Part shown: positions 31,018-41,220 of the stretch, one piece after another
How positions within the stretch are numbered: position 1 is the first letter of the stretch
Layout: the number at the start of each line of letters is the position of its first letter
From: an uncultured Acidobacteriota bacterium
GTDB taxonomy: Bacteria; Acidobacteriota; Vicinamibacteria; Vicinamibacterales; UBA2999
Direction: 5' to 3'
Assembly: GCA_963802675.1 (NCBI GenBank)
Contig: CAWDJL010000006.1
Span: forward strand, 322,015 to 386,014
Length of the DNA: 64,000 nucleotides
The notes under the pieces: model-generated
What the model was told of the DNA's origin: nothing
The model's database searches: none
The model's input: only the letters and a program-made list of their open reading frames with translations
Made by a program: the position numbers and the translations under genes

Positions 31018-33958
31018 CTATGTGTGACCCCTGAGAAGGGACTGCAGCAGAACCGCCGGGTGTCTCGCCTTCACACCGGTGAAGTGCGCCACCTGATGCC
31101 GGCACGACGTGCCCGACGCAGCGAGCACGGCGTCGGGCGGCAACGCGCGCGCCGCGGGAAGTAATGTGAGCTCGCCGATTGCGCGCGAGACATCGTAATG
31201 CTCGCGGGTGTACCCAAACGAACCGGCCATCCCGCAACAGCCGGCGTCCAGGTCCTTCACGGCCGCGCCGGGGACGCGCGACAGCAACGCCTTGGCTGGT
31301 CCCACCAGTCCCATGGCACGTTGATGGCAATGCGAATGGAGCGCGATCGTCCGGGGTCCTGCGCCCAGTGTCAATGCGGCCCGGCCGGCGTCCCACTCGC
31401 GCTCGAGGTACTCCTCGAACAGTGCCGAGGCCGCCGCGACGGTACGGGCTTTGCGCTGCACGTCCCCACGAAGCAGATCGGGGGCGTCCTCACGAACCGC
31501 CGACAAGCAGCTTGGCTCGAGAAACAGAATGGCGCCGCCCGCGCGTGCCGCATCGTACAGGCGATCGGCATTGAGCGCCGCGAGATCGCGCGCCTCTTCG
31601 AGCATCCCCTGCGAGATCAAAGGACGGCCGCAGCACCCGTGACGCACCAGCCGCGGTCGCATCCCGGCGGCTTCGAGCACATCGATGGCGGCCAGCCCAA
31701 TGTCGGGATCGGAGTACTCAGTGAACGTGTCACAAAAGATCACGGGAGACTGGGTCGCTGAACCTTCAGAGGGATTCGAGCCCCGAGGTCGGAGGTCGTC
31801 CCCACCACGACCCATCAATCGGTCGCTCCTGCGCCGCTCGAGCTGCTTGCTGAACGTGTGGCGGGACCATTCCGGCAGCGTCCGGCGTTGGTCGACGCCA
31901 ATCACGGCTTCGGCCAGCCAGCGCCCAGGCGCGCTGGCCGCCAGTCGATTCGACAGGGGCGCCAGGCGGCTCGCCCATCGCGCGGCCTCGTGGACGTGCC
32001 CGAAGGCCCGCGCGCGCAGAGGCACGCCGTGCCGCCGCCAGTAATCAGCGAGAAACTCGCTTTTCCAGCGCGCCACATCCACACCGACCGGGCATTCGGC
32101 CTTGCACGCCCGACACTCGAGACACAGATCGAGCACCTCGCGTACACCATCGTCGCCGAGGCCGGATTCGCCGAGGCGGCCGGTCATGGCGAGGCGGAGG
32201 ACATTCGCCCGCCCACGCGTCGAGTGCTTTTCCTCCCACGTCGCTCGATACGAGGGGCACATCGTCCCTTCCAGCTTCTTGCGACATGCGCCAACGCCGC
32301 TGCACATCTCCACGGCGCGGCCCAGGCCCCCGTGCGCTGTGTAGTCGAAGACCGTGTCGGGATTCGGTGTCGAGTAGCCAGCCCCATAGCGAAGGTTGGC
32401 CGTGATGGGAGGCGAGTCGACGATCTTGCCTGGATTGAAGAGGCCCTCGGGATCGAACGTCCGCTTGACTTCGCGGAAGGCTTGATACAGCACGGGGCCG
32501 AACATTTTCTCCGTAAATGCGCCACGGACGATGCCGTCGCCGTGCTCCCCGGAGAGCGCACCGCCAAATTCCAGGACCAGATTCGCGACCTCGTTGGCAA
32601 TCGATTCGAAGCGGCGCACGCCAGCGGCGGTCTTGAGATCGATGACCGGCCGGACGTGGAGGCAGCCGACTGACGCGTGCGCATACACTCCGGCCACACT
32701 GTCGTGGCGCTTCACGATGTCCGTAAATCGTTCGATGTAGTCCCGTAACTTGTCGGGCGCAACGGCGGTGTCCTCGACGAACGAGATGGTCTTCGAGTCG
32801 CCTTTCATCGCCATCGACAGGCCCAGAGCGGCTTCGCGCAGACTCCAGACTCGCGCCTGCGCCACGGGGTCGATTGCGCGCGACGTCTGACACCGAAAGC
32901 CCTGACGTCGCAGGTCGGCCTCGAGCGCCTCGAGCCGCGGCAGAAGCTCGTCAGCCTGCTCACCAGCGAATTCGATGCACAACACTCCAGCCGCTTCGGT
33001 GGTCAGAATCGATTCGACGCAAGGCATCGAGCGTCGCGCTCTCGCGGGTGTGGCCGAGGATGAAGTCGTCCATCACCTCGACGGCGGATGGACCGTGGCG
33101 GAGCGCCGTCGGTGTGGCCGCCAGCGCTTCGAGAAGATCATCGAAAGCGACGACGAGCACGACGCGAGCCTTGGGGAGGGGAACGAGCCGAATTTTGGCC
33201 TCGACCACGATGCCAAGGGTGCCCTCTGAGCCGACCATGATCTTCGTCAGGTTCACTGGTCGATCAGGTTTCGTGAGCTCATCAAGGTTGTAACCTCCGA
33301 CACGACGCAGCACCTTCGGGAACCGGCGGTCGATCTCTTCGGCGTGCTGCGCCGCCAGCCGTGGCACGACGCGATACACGTCGGCCTCGATCCCTCGCCC
33401 TCCAGAGGCCGCGGTGAGCTCAGACGCTGAGAGCGGGCGAAGATGCGACACGGTGCCATCCGCAAGGACCACGTGCTGCTCGAGCACGTGGTCGATGGTC
33501 TTGCCGTACACGACCGATCGCGCGCCACTCGAATTGTTGGCCATCATGCCGCCGACGGTGGCTCGACTGGCCGACGACAGATCAGGCGCGAATCGCAGCC
33601 CCGCCGGCCGCAGATGGGCGTTCAAATCGTCCAGGACCACGCCGGGCTCGACGCGTGCCCAGCGTTCACCCGCTTTGACTTCCAGAATGCGGTTCAGGTA
33701 CTTCGAGGTATCGAGGACCAGGCCGGCGCCGATGGCCTGGCCGGCCTGCGACGTGCCGCCACCGCGTGGCGTGATTGAGGTTCCGTGTGCGGCGGCAATC
33801 CTGACCACACGCACGACGTCTTCGGCCGATCGAGGCACGACGACACCCAGAGGGTCGATCTGGTAGATGCTCGCGTCAGTCGAGTACAAGGCACGCGACA
33901 CGCGATCGAACCGCACCTCGCCGTCGATCGCGGCCGACAATTCCTGCTCCAGGCTCAT
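31018..33958 (-). pseudogene. FAD-linked oxidase fused to a (Fe-S)-binding / CCG domain (YdiJ / GlcD-GlcF-fusion-like), frame broken near 33016-33024
   Basis: The 33958 frame carries FAD_binding_4 (PRGGGTSQAGQAIG) up to ..GHTRESATLDAL. The 33027 frame carries VESILTTEAAGVLCIEFAG..HASVGCLHVRP..SGEHGDGIVRG, then CxxCxxCxxxCP and CCG motifs. The split falls inside the FAD-oxidase C domain, so it is not a natural gene boundary. Confidence 0.85.
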
Positions 33959-34125
33959 TCAGCGTAGCCTCGCAGCCGCACCTGTCGCATCCGCCTCCCA
34001 TCGAGAGCTATCCAGGCGAGCCCCCTCGCTGAGCTTGGCGACGTCGGGGGTCGGGTCTAGTCGGAAAGACGTCGCCACGCGGCGTCACTCGCCTAAAAAA
34101 TCGCTTGTCGCGTCGCCGCGACGTC

Positions 34126-34154
34126 TTGCAGGAACGTGTCAGGTGCAATATACT
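34126..34154 (+). promoter_or_regulatory. candidate sigma-70-type promoter TTGCAG-N17-TATACT
   Basis: Read directly at 34126-34131 and 34149-34154, about 160 nt upstream of the GTG at 34315. There is no experimental support. Confidence 0.3.
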
Positions 34155-34314
34155 CGCGTCCTCCATCGTTAGCAGCCAGTGGCGAAAGGCACGAACCAGC
34201 CACAGATACTCGGAATCGCGGAAAGAGGGGGGTTTTGGCTTTCCCGGCATCCGTGGCTCTCTGACTCTGTTGGAAGTGTCGTCTCTTGCAACGGAATGTG
34301 AGGGGAGGCCACGC

Positions 34315-34746
34315 GTGACCAGGGAAGACACGGTCGCCTTGTTCAGCCGCCGCAATCAGAGTTGGGCGCGGCGGGATGCAGTGGCGCTCGCGGCGGATTA
34401 CGCAGAGGATTCGGTGGCGGAAAGCCCGATGCAGGGACGCATCGAGGGCCGCCAACAGATTCAAGAGGTCTTCGCCAACTGGTTCGAGTCGTTCGGGGAC
34501 CTGACCTTCACGAGCCGTGATGTCCTGATCGATGGCGATCGGGTGGCGCAGTTCTTTGCGATCCGTGGCACGCAGTCCGCGCCCTTCGGCGGAATCCCCT
34601 CCACTGGTCGCAAGATTGACTTCAAGGGGGCCGCGCTGTTCACGTTCGGGCCCGACGGGAAGATTACGCACGAACTCCGTGTGTACGACGTGACGGCGGT
34701 CCTCGTGCAGCTCGGCGTCCTGCGCGGCAAACCGCTCACAACCTAG
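34315..34746 (+). CDS. SnoaL-like / ester cyclase (NTF2-fold) protein
   Basis: GTG 34315 lies 7 nt after GGGGAGG. VALFSRRNQSWARRD..IDGDRVAQFFAIRGTQSAPFGGIPSTGRKIDFKGAALFTF. Confidence 0.75.
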   Translation: MTREDTVALFSRRNQSWARRDAVALAADYAEDSVAESPMQGRIEGRQQIQEVFANWFESFGDLTFTSRDVLIDGDRVAQFFAIRGTQSAPFGGIPSTGRKIDFKGAALFTFGPDGKITHELRVYDVTAVLVQLGVLRGKPLTT

Positions 34747-34794
34747 GGAAGCTGCGCCTGCAACCGGAGAGAAGAGCCGCGTCGGCTCCGCATC

Positions 34795-35136
34795 CTACGT
34801 TTCTTGCGCGTAGCTCTCGAGGGCCGCTGCCACCGATTCGTAGGCGTCGAACACCGTGATGAGCCGGGTGGTCATCAGCAGGTCGTTGATACGGCGTCCG
34901 GCATTCGCCAGCTTGAGGGAGACCCCGGCCCGAATCGTTCGCAGCTGACACGCCACGAGTTCGCCGAGCGCCGTGCTATCGAGGTACTCGAGATCCTCGA
35001 AGTTGAAAACGATCCGACGATGACCCGTATCGATCAGCTGCGCAATCGTGTCGCGCAGGGCCCCGTCAGTATCCGTTGCACGCCCCGAGAAGTCGACGAT
35101 GATGACGCCGTCCTGTTGACGGCTGATCAACTTCAT
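34795..35136 (-). CDS. STAS-domain anti-sigma-factor antagonist (paralogue 1)
   Basis: MKLISRQQDGVIIVDFSGR..FNFEDLEYLDSTALGELV..LKLANAGRRINDLLMTTRL. Confidence 0.85.
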   Translation of the reverse strand: MKLISRQQDGVIIVDFSGRATDTDGALRDTIAQLIDTGHRRIVFNFEDLEYLDSTALGELVACQLRTIRAGVSLKLANAGRRINDLLMTTRLITVFDAYESVAAALESYAQET

Positions 35137-35222
35137 GCGGTGACCTTTGCCTGCCAAACCTGGCCCCGCCGCATCGTGCGCGACGGGAGCGAGCGTCGTC
35201 ACCCTCAGGGGTGACGTCGTGA

Positions 35223-35567
35223 TTAGGCGCGGGGGAAGCTCGCGACTGCTGCGTCCTCGCTGTCATGCGATTCGAAGACGCTGAGCAGTTTGGTCATGAT
35301 CAGCAAGTCCTTGAGCCGCTTGCCAAGGTTTGCCAACTTGACGGTGCTGCCACCCTTGGCCGCCACGCCGTGTGAGGCTACAAACTCGCCCAATCCGGCG
35401 CTGTCGACGTAGCTCAGGTCGGCCACATTGAGGACGATCTGCTTTTCGCCTTGAAACACCAGACTGGTGACCTTGTCCTTCAACCGTCCGGTTCCGTCAC
35501 CGGCTGCAAGCCGTCCGGAAAGGTCGATGATGGTTACGCCGCCAACTTTCCGCTCGGACATCTGCAT
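35223..35567 (-). CDS. STAS-domain anti-sigma-factor antagonist (paralogue 2)
   Basis: MQMSERKVGGVTIIDLSGRL..LNVADLSYVDSAGLGEFV..VKLANLGKRLKDLLIMTKL. Confidence 0.9.
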   Translation of the reverse strand: MQMSERKVGGVTIIDLSGRLAAGDGTGRLKDKVTSLVFQGEKQIVLNVADLSYVDSAGLGEFVASHGVAAKGGSTVKLANLGKRLKDLLIMTKLLSVFESHDSEDAAVASFPRA

Positions 35568-35677
35568 GACAAGCCCTCTGGGTCAGACTTTACCGTTCAG
35601 GTGCCGAATCGTAGCGAAGCCTCGCCTCAAACCGCAAGGAAAGAAGGTTGGCTCAGTCTAAAGGGAGGGGGCTTCCC

Positions 35678-36073
35678 TTAGAAAATCCGGGACCAGAGGA
35701 CTTCCCGGGTTTCCTGGACGGGGGGGAGAGCCGTCCGGGAAAAGCTGTCGATTGCCGCGGCTTCGGAGCGGTGCGATTCGAAAATGGTCAGGAGCTTCGT
35801 CAACACGAGCAGATCCTGCATGCGATACCCGGCGTTGGCGAGCTTGATCCGTCCGCCGCCACGTTCGGCCGTGAGGTGGCAGGCAACCAGTTCACCCAGA
35901 CCTGAGCTGTCGACATAGGTAATTTCCGCTAGATTGAGCACGATCTGCCGGTGACCCTGGTAGACGAGGCTGGTGATCTTGTCCTTGACTCGGCCCGGGC
36001 CATCCGTGAGGGTGAGCTTGCCGACCAAATCCAATACCGTTATGTCCCGCACGTGTCTTTCACTGATCCGCAT
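35678..36073 (-). CDS. STAS-domain anti-sigma-factor antagonist (paralogue 3)
   Basis: Start is ATG 36073: MRISERHVRDITVLDLVGKL..LNLAEITYVDSSGLGELV..IKLANAGYRMQDLLVLTKL. The track ORF to 36358 is a 5' over-extension. Confidence 0.85.
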   Translation of the reverse strand: MRISERHVRDITVLDLVGKLTLTDGPGRVKDKITSLVYQGHRQIVLNLAEITYVDSSGLGELVACHLTAERGGGRIKLANAGYRMQDLLVLTKLLTIFESHRSEAAAIDSFSRTALPPVQETREVLWSRIF

Positions 36074-36240
36074 GTCGTCCTCCGCGTCCGACGCTGTTAT
36101 TGCATTAGACGGACTCACTCGCCTCTTTTCACCTCGACCTTGGAAAACGCCCGGCGGTCTCGACTCCCGAGCTGGCCCGAACGGCCGAGCTGCCCGAAAC
36201 CGCTCGAGCTGTTCGATACTGATTGCGCGATATGGCCATG

Positions 36241-38367
36241 ATGAGAATTGCCTGCATCTCGGTGCTCCTCCTGACGCCGCCTGCCACAGCAAACGCAGAT
36301 ACCGCGGCGCGGCTCCGTCATCTCGTCGCTCAGCCAGGAGTTTCCGGATACGAGGCACCAGTTCGTGAGGCCATCGAGATGCTGTTGCCGAGCGGCGCGC
36401 GCGTCCGCGCCGACAATCTCGGCAACATCGTGTTGCGAACCGGCAACGGATCTCCGCACACGATGATCGTGGCGCCGCTCGACGAAAGCGGGCTGGTCAT
36501 CTCGGCGATCACGGATGACGGTTATCTCCGTGTGCACCGGCACACCTCCGCGCCGACTGCGCGACTCGCGACGCAGTTCTTGATCGGGCAACCAATTTTC
36601 GTCGGCACTGCGAGGGCGGGCGCCGTGCCCGGCGTCATCGCGACACCCTCCACGCACCTGCGGGCGCTGCGCGATTCTCAGGACGAAACTCGAATCAAGA
36701 CGATCGATGACATCTGGATAGACCTTGGAGTCGAGTCGCGTGCGGAGGTGGACAAGCTCGGCGTCCGGCTCCTGGACAGCATCACGCTCAGGGACCGATC
36801 GACAGCCCTCGCTGGTAACCGGGTGAGTGGCGTCGCCGCGGCGAGTCGTGGTGCGGCGCTCGCACTGGCCGAAATCATCCAGCGCAGTTCGGGCCGCGGC
36901 GCCATGGGCAGTGTGACGTTCGTCTGGGTGGTGCAGGCCGAGTACGGCAACCGGGGTCTGCTCCGAGCACTCGAGACCTACAAGCCGGATCGCGTCATCC
37001 TGCTTCGTGGCGCATCGCATCCTGGCGACGATCCGGCGGGCGCCGTGGGGCGACTCGGCGGAGGACCGCTCGTCGCAAGCAGCAGTGCCTTCCTTCACGC
37101 GGCTGCCGCCACCGCTGGCGTTGCCACCCAATCGCTGCCCGATGGCTGGCTCCGACTCAATCTGCCGGACCAGTGGAAGGCCCTGGACCTTCACGTCGCG
37201 AGCCTGCCGGTCCGTTACGCCCAGACCCCCGTCGAGACGGTTGATGCCGACGATGTCGACGCCCTTGCGGCGGTTCTCACCGCGTCGGTAGTCTTGCCGC
37301 CACTTGGTTCCTCGCCGGCTTTTGACGTTTCGCCGGGTGTCCCGCGCCTGCCAGACGAGCAGCCACTCAGCACGCTCCGGCCGTTAATCGAGCTTTACGG
37401 CGTCTCCGGTCACGAGGGGCCGGTTCGCGACCACCTGACCAAGCACATGCCTGAGTGGGCGAAGCCGACGGTTGATGATCTCGGAAACGTCACGGTCTCG
37501 TTCGGCAAAGGCGGCAAGCCGCTGATCTTCGTCGCACACATGGACGAAGTCGGCTTCGAAATCACCGGCCTGGCCGACAACGGCACGGCCGCCGCGCGAG
37601 CGCGTGGAGGCATGTACCTGTCGGTGTACGAGGCTCATCCCGTGAACGTCGTCACACCGAAAGGCCTGGTGCCCGCGATTCTCACGCCTCGACACGGATA
37701 CACGACGGCTACGGAGTCGCAACCTGACGTGAAAGAGCTGGCGTTGTACTTCGGCACCGATTCGGCCGCCGAAACGAGCGCCCTCGGCGTGGCGGTGGGG
37801 CAGAGCGCGACGGTTCGCAAGCAGTTCATGTCGCTCGGCACTCAGCGTGCGACGGGCCGATCGATGGACGATCGGAACGGATCGGCGGCGCTGTTGCTGG
37901 CGCTGCAGCAGATCGATCCAGCCGCGGTCGAAAACCAAGTGACGTTCGCGTGGTCGGTCGAGGAAGAGACCGGCCTGACTGGCGCGCAGCATCTCGCCAA
38001 GCGCTTTCAGCCTGACACCGCGTTTGCAGTCGACACGTTCGTGTCAACCGACACACCGGTTGATATTCAGCGGCTGGCCGGAGCCAAGCTCGGTCAGGGT
38101 GCGGTCCTTCGCGTTCTCGACAGTCGCACCATCGTCCCTCCCCACATCGTCGATCGCATTGTTGGCATTGCGCGGGTCGGCAAGATCCCGTTGCAGCTCG
38201 GGACGACGAGCGGCGGGACCGATTCGAGCGCGTTCAGCGCGCGGGGTGCGATCGATGTGGGACTCTCGTGGCCCGGACGGTACTCGCACTCGCCGGTCGA
38301 AATCATGGACCAGCGAGATCTCGAAGCGCTCGTCCGCCTCATCGTCGCATTGGCGCGAAACTACTGA
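36241..38367 (+). CDS. secreted tandem M42 (TET/FrvX-type) aminopeptidase: degenerate N-terminal copy + intact C-terminal copy
   Basis: Signal MRIACISVLLLTPPATANA (the ORF is open from 36223). Copy 1 has APLDESG, VVQAEYG and YAQTPVE, so the ligands are lost. Copy 2 has AHMDEVGF, SMDDRNG, SVEEETG and YSHSPVE, so the ligands are intact. Confidence 0.8.
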   Translation: MRIACISVLLLTPPATANADTAARLRHLVAQPGVSGYEAPVREAIEMLLPSGARVRADNLGNIVLRTGNGSPHTMIVAPLDESGLVISAITDDGYLRVHRHTSAPTARLATQFLIGQPIFVGTARAGAVPGVIATPSTHLRALRDSQDETRIKTIDDIWIDLGVESRAEVDKLGVRLLDSITLRDRSTALAGNRVSGVAAASRGAALALAEIIQRSSGRGAMGSVTFVWVVQAEYGNRGLLRALETYKPDRVILLRGASHPGDDPAGAVGRLGGGPLVASSSAFLHAAAATAGVATQSLPDGWLRLNLPDQWKALDLHVASLPVRYAQTPVETVDADDVDALAAVLTASVVLPPLGSSPAFDVSPGVPRLPDEQPLSTLRPLIELYGVSGHEGPVRDHLTKHMPEWAKPTVDDLGNVTVSFGKGGKPLIFVAHMDEVGFEITGLADNGTAAARARGGMYLSVYEAHPVNVVTPKGLVPAILTPRHGYTTATESQPDVKELALYFGTDSAAETSALGVAVGQSATVRKQFMSLGTQRATGRSMDDRNGSAALLLALQQIDPAAVENQVTFAWSVEEETGLTGAQHLAKRFQPDTAFAVDTFVSTDTPVDIQRLAGAKLGQGAVLRVLDSRTIVPPHIVDRIVGIARVGKIPLQLGTTSGGTDSSAFSARGAIDVGLSWPGRYSHSPVEIMDQRDLEALVRLIVALARNY

Positions 38368-38369
38368 AC

Positions 38370-40421
38370 GTGACCACCGCTCCGTATGGCACCTGGAAAT
38401 CTCCGCTGACCGCTGCACGGGCGACGGCCGGCGCGCTCCGGTTCGATCACCCGATGATCGACGGCGATGACGTGTATTGGGTCGAAGGCCGCGCGTCGGA
38501 GGGCGGTCGCAACGTCATCGTGCGGCATTCCCGCGACGGGCGCCTCTCGGATGTCACGCCACTTGGCTACAACGTGCGCTCGCGAGTCCATGAGTACGGT
38601 GGCGCCGCATACACCGTTTACAAGGAGACGGTGTACTTTTCAAACTTCGCCGATCAGCGGCTGTATCGCCAAACCCGGACCAGCTCGCCTCAGCCGATGA
38701 CGGCCGAGGGCTACTTTTACGCGGACAGCTCGATGGATGCTGTCCGCAACCGGCTGCTCTGTGTTCGAGAGGATCACACCACGAGCGCCGCCGAAGCGAT
38801 CAACACGATCGTTGCCGTGCCCACCGATGGTGGTGTCGAATCGGTGCTCGTCTCGGGCGCGGATTTCTACTCGGATCCCATCCTCAGTCCTGATGGATCA
38901 CGCCTCGCCTGGTTGGAGTGGAACCATCCCAACATGCCGTGGGACGGCACCGAGCTTTGGGTCGCTGAAATGGACGCGAACGGCGCGATCGGTCCGGCGC
39001 AGAGAATGGCTGGCGGGCCACGTGAATCGATCTTCCAACCGGTGTGGTCGACTGACGGAGCGTTGTTCTTCGTGTCGGACAGGACGGGGTGGTGGAATCT
39101 GTACCGTGCCTATGGTGCCGAGAGTGCCGATCGTGCCGGAGGTGCGGGTGCGAATGGCGCAGGGGGTGCCGATCGTGCCGGGGGTGCGGGTGCACATGGT
39201 GTCGAGGGTGCGTGGCGGGTCGAAGCGCTTCTTCCGATGCAGGTGGAGTTCGGGAAACCGCAATGGGTGTTCAGCGATCGCACCTACGCGTGTGTCACGG
39301 CCAACCGACTGGTCGTGACCTATACGGAAAGGGGACGGTGGAAGCTTGCGGTCCTCGATCTCGAGCCCCGGCGGTTTCAACCCATTGACCTTCCGATCGA
39401 AGCCCTCGATGGGATTTGCGCCACGCCCCGCGAGGCCTACTTCATTGGAGGGTCTCCGACGGTGCCGCCATCGATCGTCCGCTTGGAGATCGACGGTTCG
39501 TCGTCCGCCGGCCTCGCAAACAGCTTCGAAATTGTTCGGTCCGCGAAGGAGGATGGCATCGATGCGGAGTGGGTGTCCGTGCCAGAAGCCATCAGCTACC
39601 AGTCCTCGGCGACCGGTGCGAATGGCGAGTGGAGCGTTCATGCCGGTTACTACCCACCGCGCAACCCTCATTATCAAGCGCCCTCCGGCCAGCGTCCGCC
39701 GCTCCTCGTCGTGAGTCACGGCGGTCCAACGACGGCAACGTGGGATGTGCTCGACGAGGAGTTGCAGTTTTGGACCAGCCGCGGGTTTGCCGTGCTCGAT
39801 GTGAACTACAGCGGCAGCACTGGCTATGGCCGCGCCTATCGCGAACGTCTCAACGGTGCCTGGGGCATCGTGGATGTCGCCGACTGCGTCAACGGGGCCC
39901 GACACCTGGTCGAGTCTGGAAAGGCCGATCCATCGCGACTCATTATTCGTGGCGGTAGTGCGGGCGGCTACACGACGCTGGCCGCGCTGACGTTTCACGA
40001 CACCTTCAAGGCCGGCGCCAGCTACTACGGCATCAGTGATATCGAGGTGCTGGCACGCGATACTCACAAGTTCGAGTCGCGGTATCTCGACTCGCTCGTT
40101 GGTCCCTACCCGGCCGCGCGCGAAATCTATCGTGCACGTTCGCCGATTCATTTCACGGAACGACTGTCAGCAGCGCTGATTCTGTTCCAGGGTCTCGAAG
40201 ACAAGGTTGTTCCGCCCAATCAATCAGAGATGATGGCGGCAGCGATGCGCCGGAAAGGCCTACCGGTGGCCTACGTAACCTTCGAGGGTGAGCAGCACGG
40301 CTTTCGCAAGGCCGAGAACATCGTACGAAGCCTCGAAGCCGAGCTGTTCTTCTACGGCGCGGTGTTCGGGTTCTCGCCGGCGGACCCGATTGAGCCGGTT
40401 CCGATCGACAACCTGCGCTGA
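38370..40421 (+). CDS. S9 family serine peptidase (prolyl oligopeptidase / dipeptidyl-peptidase type)
   Basis: GTG 38370 lies 2 nt after the upstream stop (MTTAPYGTWKSPL). A propeller region is followed by the nucleophile elbow RGGSAGGYTT, then QGLEDKVVPP and GEQHGF. Confidence 0.9.
   Translation: MTTAPYGTWKSPLTAARATAGALRFDHPMIDGDDVYWVEGRASEGGRNVIVRHSRDGRLSDVTPLGYNVRSRVHEYGGAAYTVYKETVYFSNFADQRLYRQTRTSSPQPMTAEGYFYADSSMDAVRNRLLCVREDHTTSAAEAINTIVAVPTDGGVESVLVSGADFYSDPILSPDGSRLAWLEWNHPNMPWDGTELWVAEMDANGAIGPAQRMAGGPRESIFQPVWSTDGALFFVSDRTGWWNLYRAYGAESADRAGGAGANGAGGADRAGGAGAHGVEGAWRVEALLPMQVEFGKPQWVFSDRTYACVTANRLVVTYTERGRWKLAVLDLEPRRFQPIDLPIEALDGICATPREAYFIGGSPTVPPSIVRLEIDGSSSAGLANSFEIVRSAKEDGIDAEWVSVPEAISYQSSATGANGEWSVHAGYYPPRNPHYQAPSGQRPPLLVVSHGGPTTATWDVLDEELQFWTSRGFAVLDVNYSGSTGYGRAYRERLNGAWGIVDVADCVNGARHLVESGKADPSRLIIRGGSAGGYTTLAALTFHDTFKAGASYYGISDIEVLARDTHKFESRYLDSLVGPYPAAREIYRARSPIHFTERLSAALILFQGLEDKVVPPNQSEMMAAAMRRKGLPVAYVTFEGEQHGFRKAENIVRSLEAELFFYGAVFGFSPADPIEPVPIDNLR
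39124..39207 (+). repeat. in-frame 42-bp tandem duplication inside the S9 peptidase gene
   Basis: Units at 39124-39165 and 39166-39207 share 27 of their first 28 nt. They encode SADRAGGAGANGAG / GADRAGGAGAHGVE. Confidence 0.85.
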
Positions 40422-40445
40422 GCTCGTTTTGGCCCCGGTTCTCAT

Positions 40446-40473
40446 CAGTGACCAGTGATCAGTGGCCAGTGGC
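40446..40473. repeat. heptamer tandem block CAGTGAC CAGTGAT CAGTGGC CAGTGGC
   Basis: Read directly, 25 nt after the stop at 40421. The reverse complement of 44526-44553 matches it at 25 of 28 positions. Confidence 0.9.
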
Positions 40474-40521
40474 CGGGTTGATCGCCCGGGATTCGGTTCA
40501 GATTTCCGCGTTAGTTTCGAC

Positions 40522-41220
40522 CTACAGCCCAAAGAAGACGAGCGGCAGCCACTGGTCGGCTTTGTCCAGGTGTGGTTTGACGAGTGCTCGATTCTTTTCG
40601 GGGACTTCGAGAGTCGGGACACGAGGCGCCTTGAAATCCTCGAGACCCGTGCCGTCGCGCACGGCGTCCTCCAGTTGTTTCAAGTCAATCTTCGACGTGA
40701 CCTCCATGCCGGCGGCCTGAAACACGCGATCGCGGACCCACGAGTACTCGGCCTGCGAGAATCCTTGCTTGTTGAGTGCGTCGACCTGGTAGCGTTTCGC
40801 CTGGACGAACAGGTTGCCGAGATCGCTGAGCGCACCAATCAAGTCGCCGATCGAAGGCTGCGCCGGACGGTCGCCAGTGCCTTTCAAGTGCTGGTACTTC
40901 GCTTCGATCTCGTCGAACCGCTGGCCAAGGGCCGCGCGAATACCATCTTGCACTTTGACAAACCGATCGACCTGCGCCTCGGTCAATTCGCCGCTTGCCG
41001 GAGCGGTATACGCTGATTTGTTCGTGACCTGCTCGTCAAGCTCCGTGATTTCCGCCATTCCCTCGAGGTAATTCTTGGCGTTCTGGAGCAGTGGACTGGC
41101 AGCGCGGTACAGGAAGTAGCCGCCAACCACGGCCACGATGACACCAAGGACAAGGACAACGAGGCAACCGGCGAGGAGCTTTTTCACTGCAGCGGGAGGG
41201 TACCACGGCCTACGGTCCAC
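40522..41220 (-). CDS. hypothetical membrane-anchored protein (start uncertain; GTG 41187 is an alternative)
   Basis: 232-aa ORF with the TM segment LLAGCLVVLVLGVIVAVVGGYFLY followed by a helical soluble part. Its first 11 codons lie inside the heptamer repeat. Confidence 0.55.
   Translation of the reverse strand: MDRRPWYPPAAVKKLLAGCLVVLVLGVIVAVVGGYFLYRAASPLLQNAKNYLEGMAEITELDEQVTNKSAYTAPASGELTEAQVDRFVKVQDGIRAALGQRFDEIEAKYQHLKGTGDRPAQPSIGDLIGALSDLGNLFVQAKRYQVDALNKQGFSQAEYSWVRDRVFQAAGMEVTSKIDLKQLEDAVRDGTGLEDFKAPRVPTLEVPEKNRALVKPHLDKADQWLPLVFFGL

Noticed and set aside
32960-33027. Natural two-gene organisation (a GlcD-like gene plus a GlcF-like gene) for 31018-33958.
   Set aside because: The ORF boundary falls inside the FAD-oxidase C-terminal domain, before the HASVGCLHVRP and GEHGDG motifs. 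It is not between the flavoprotein and Fe-S modules, and the two ORFs overlap by 68 bp.
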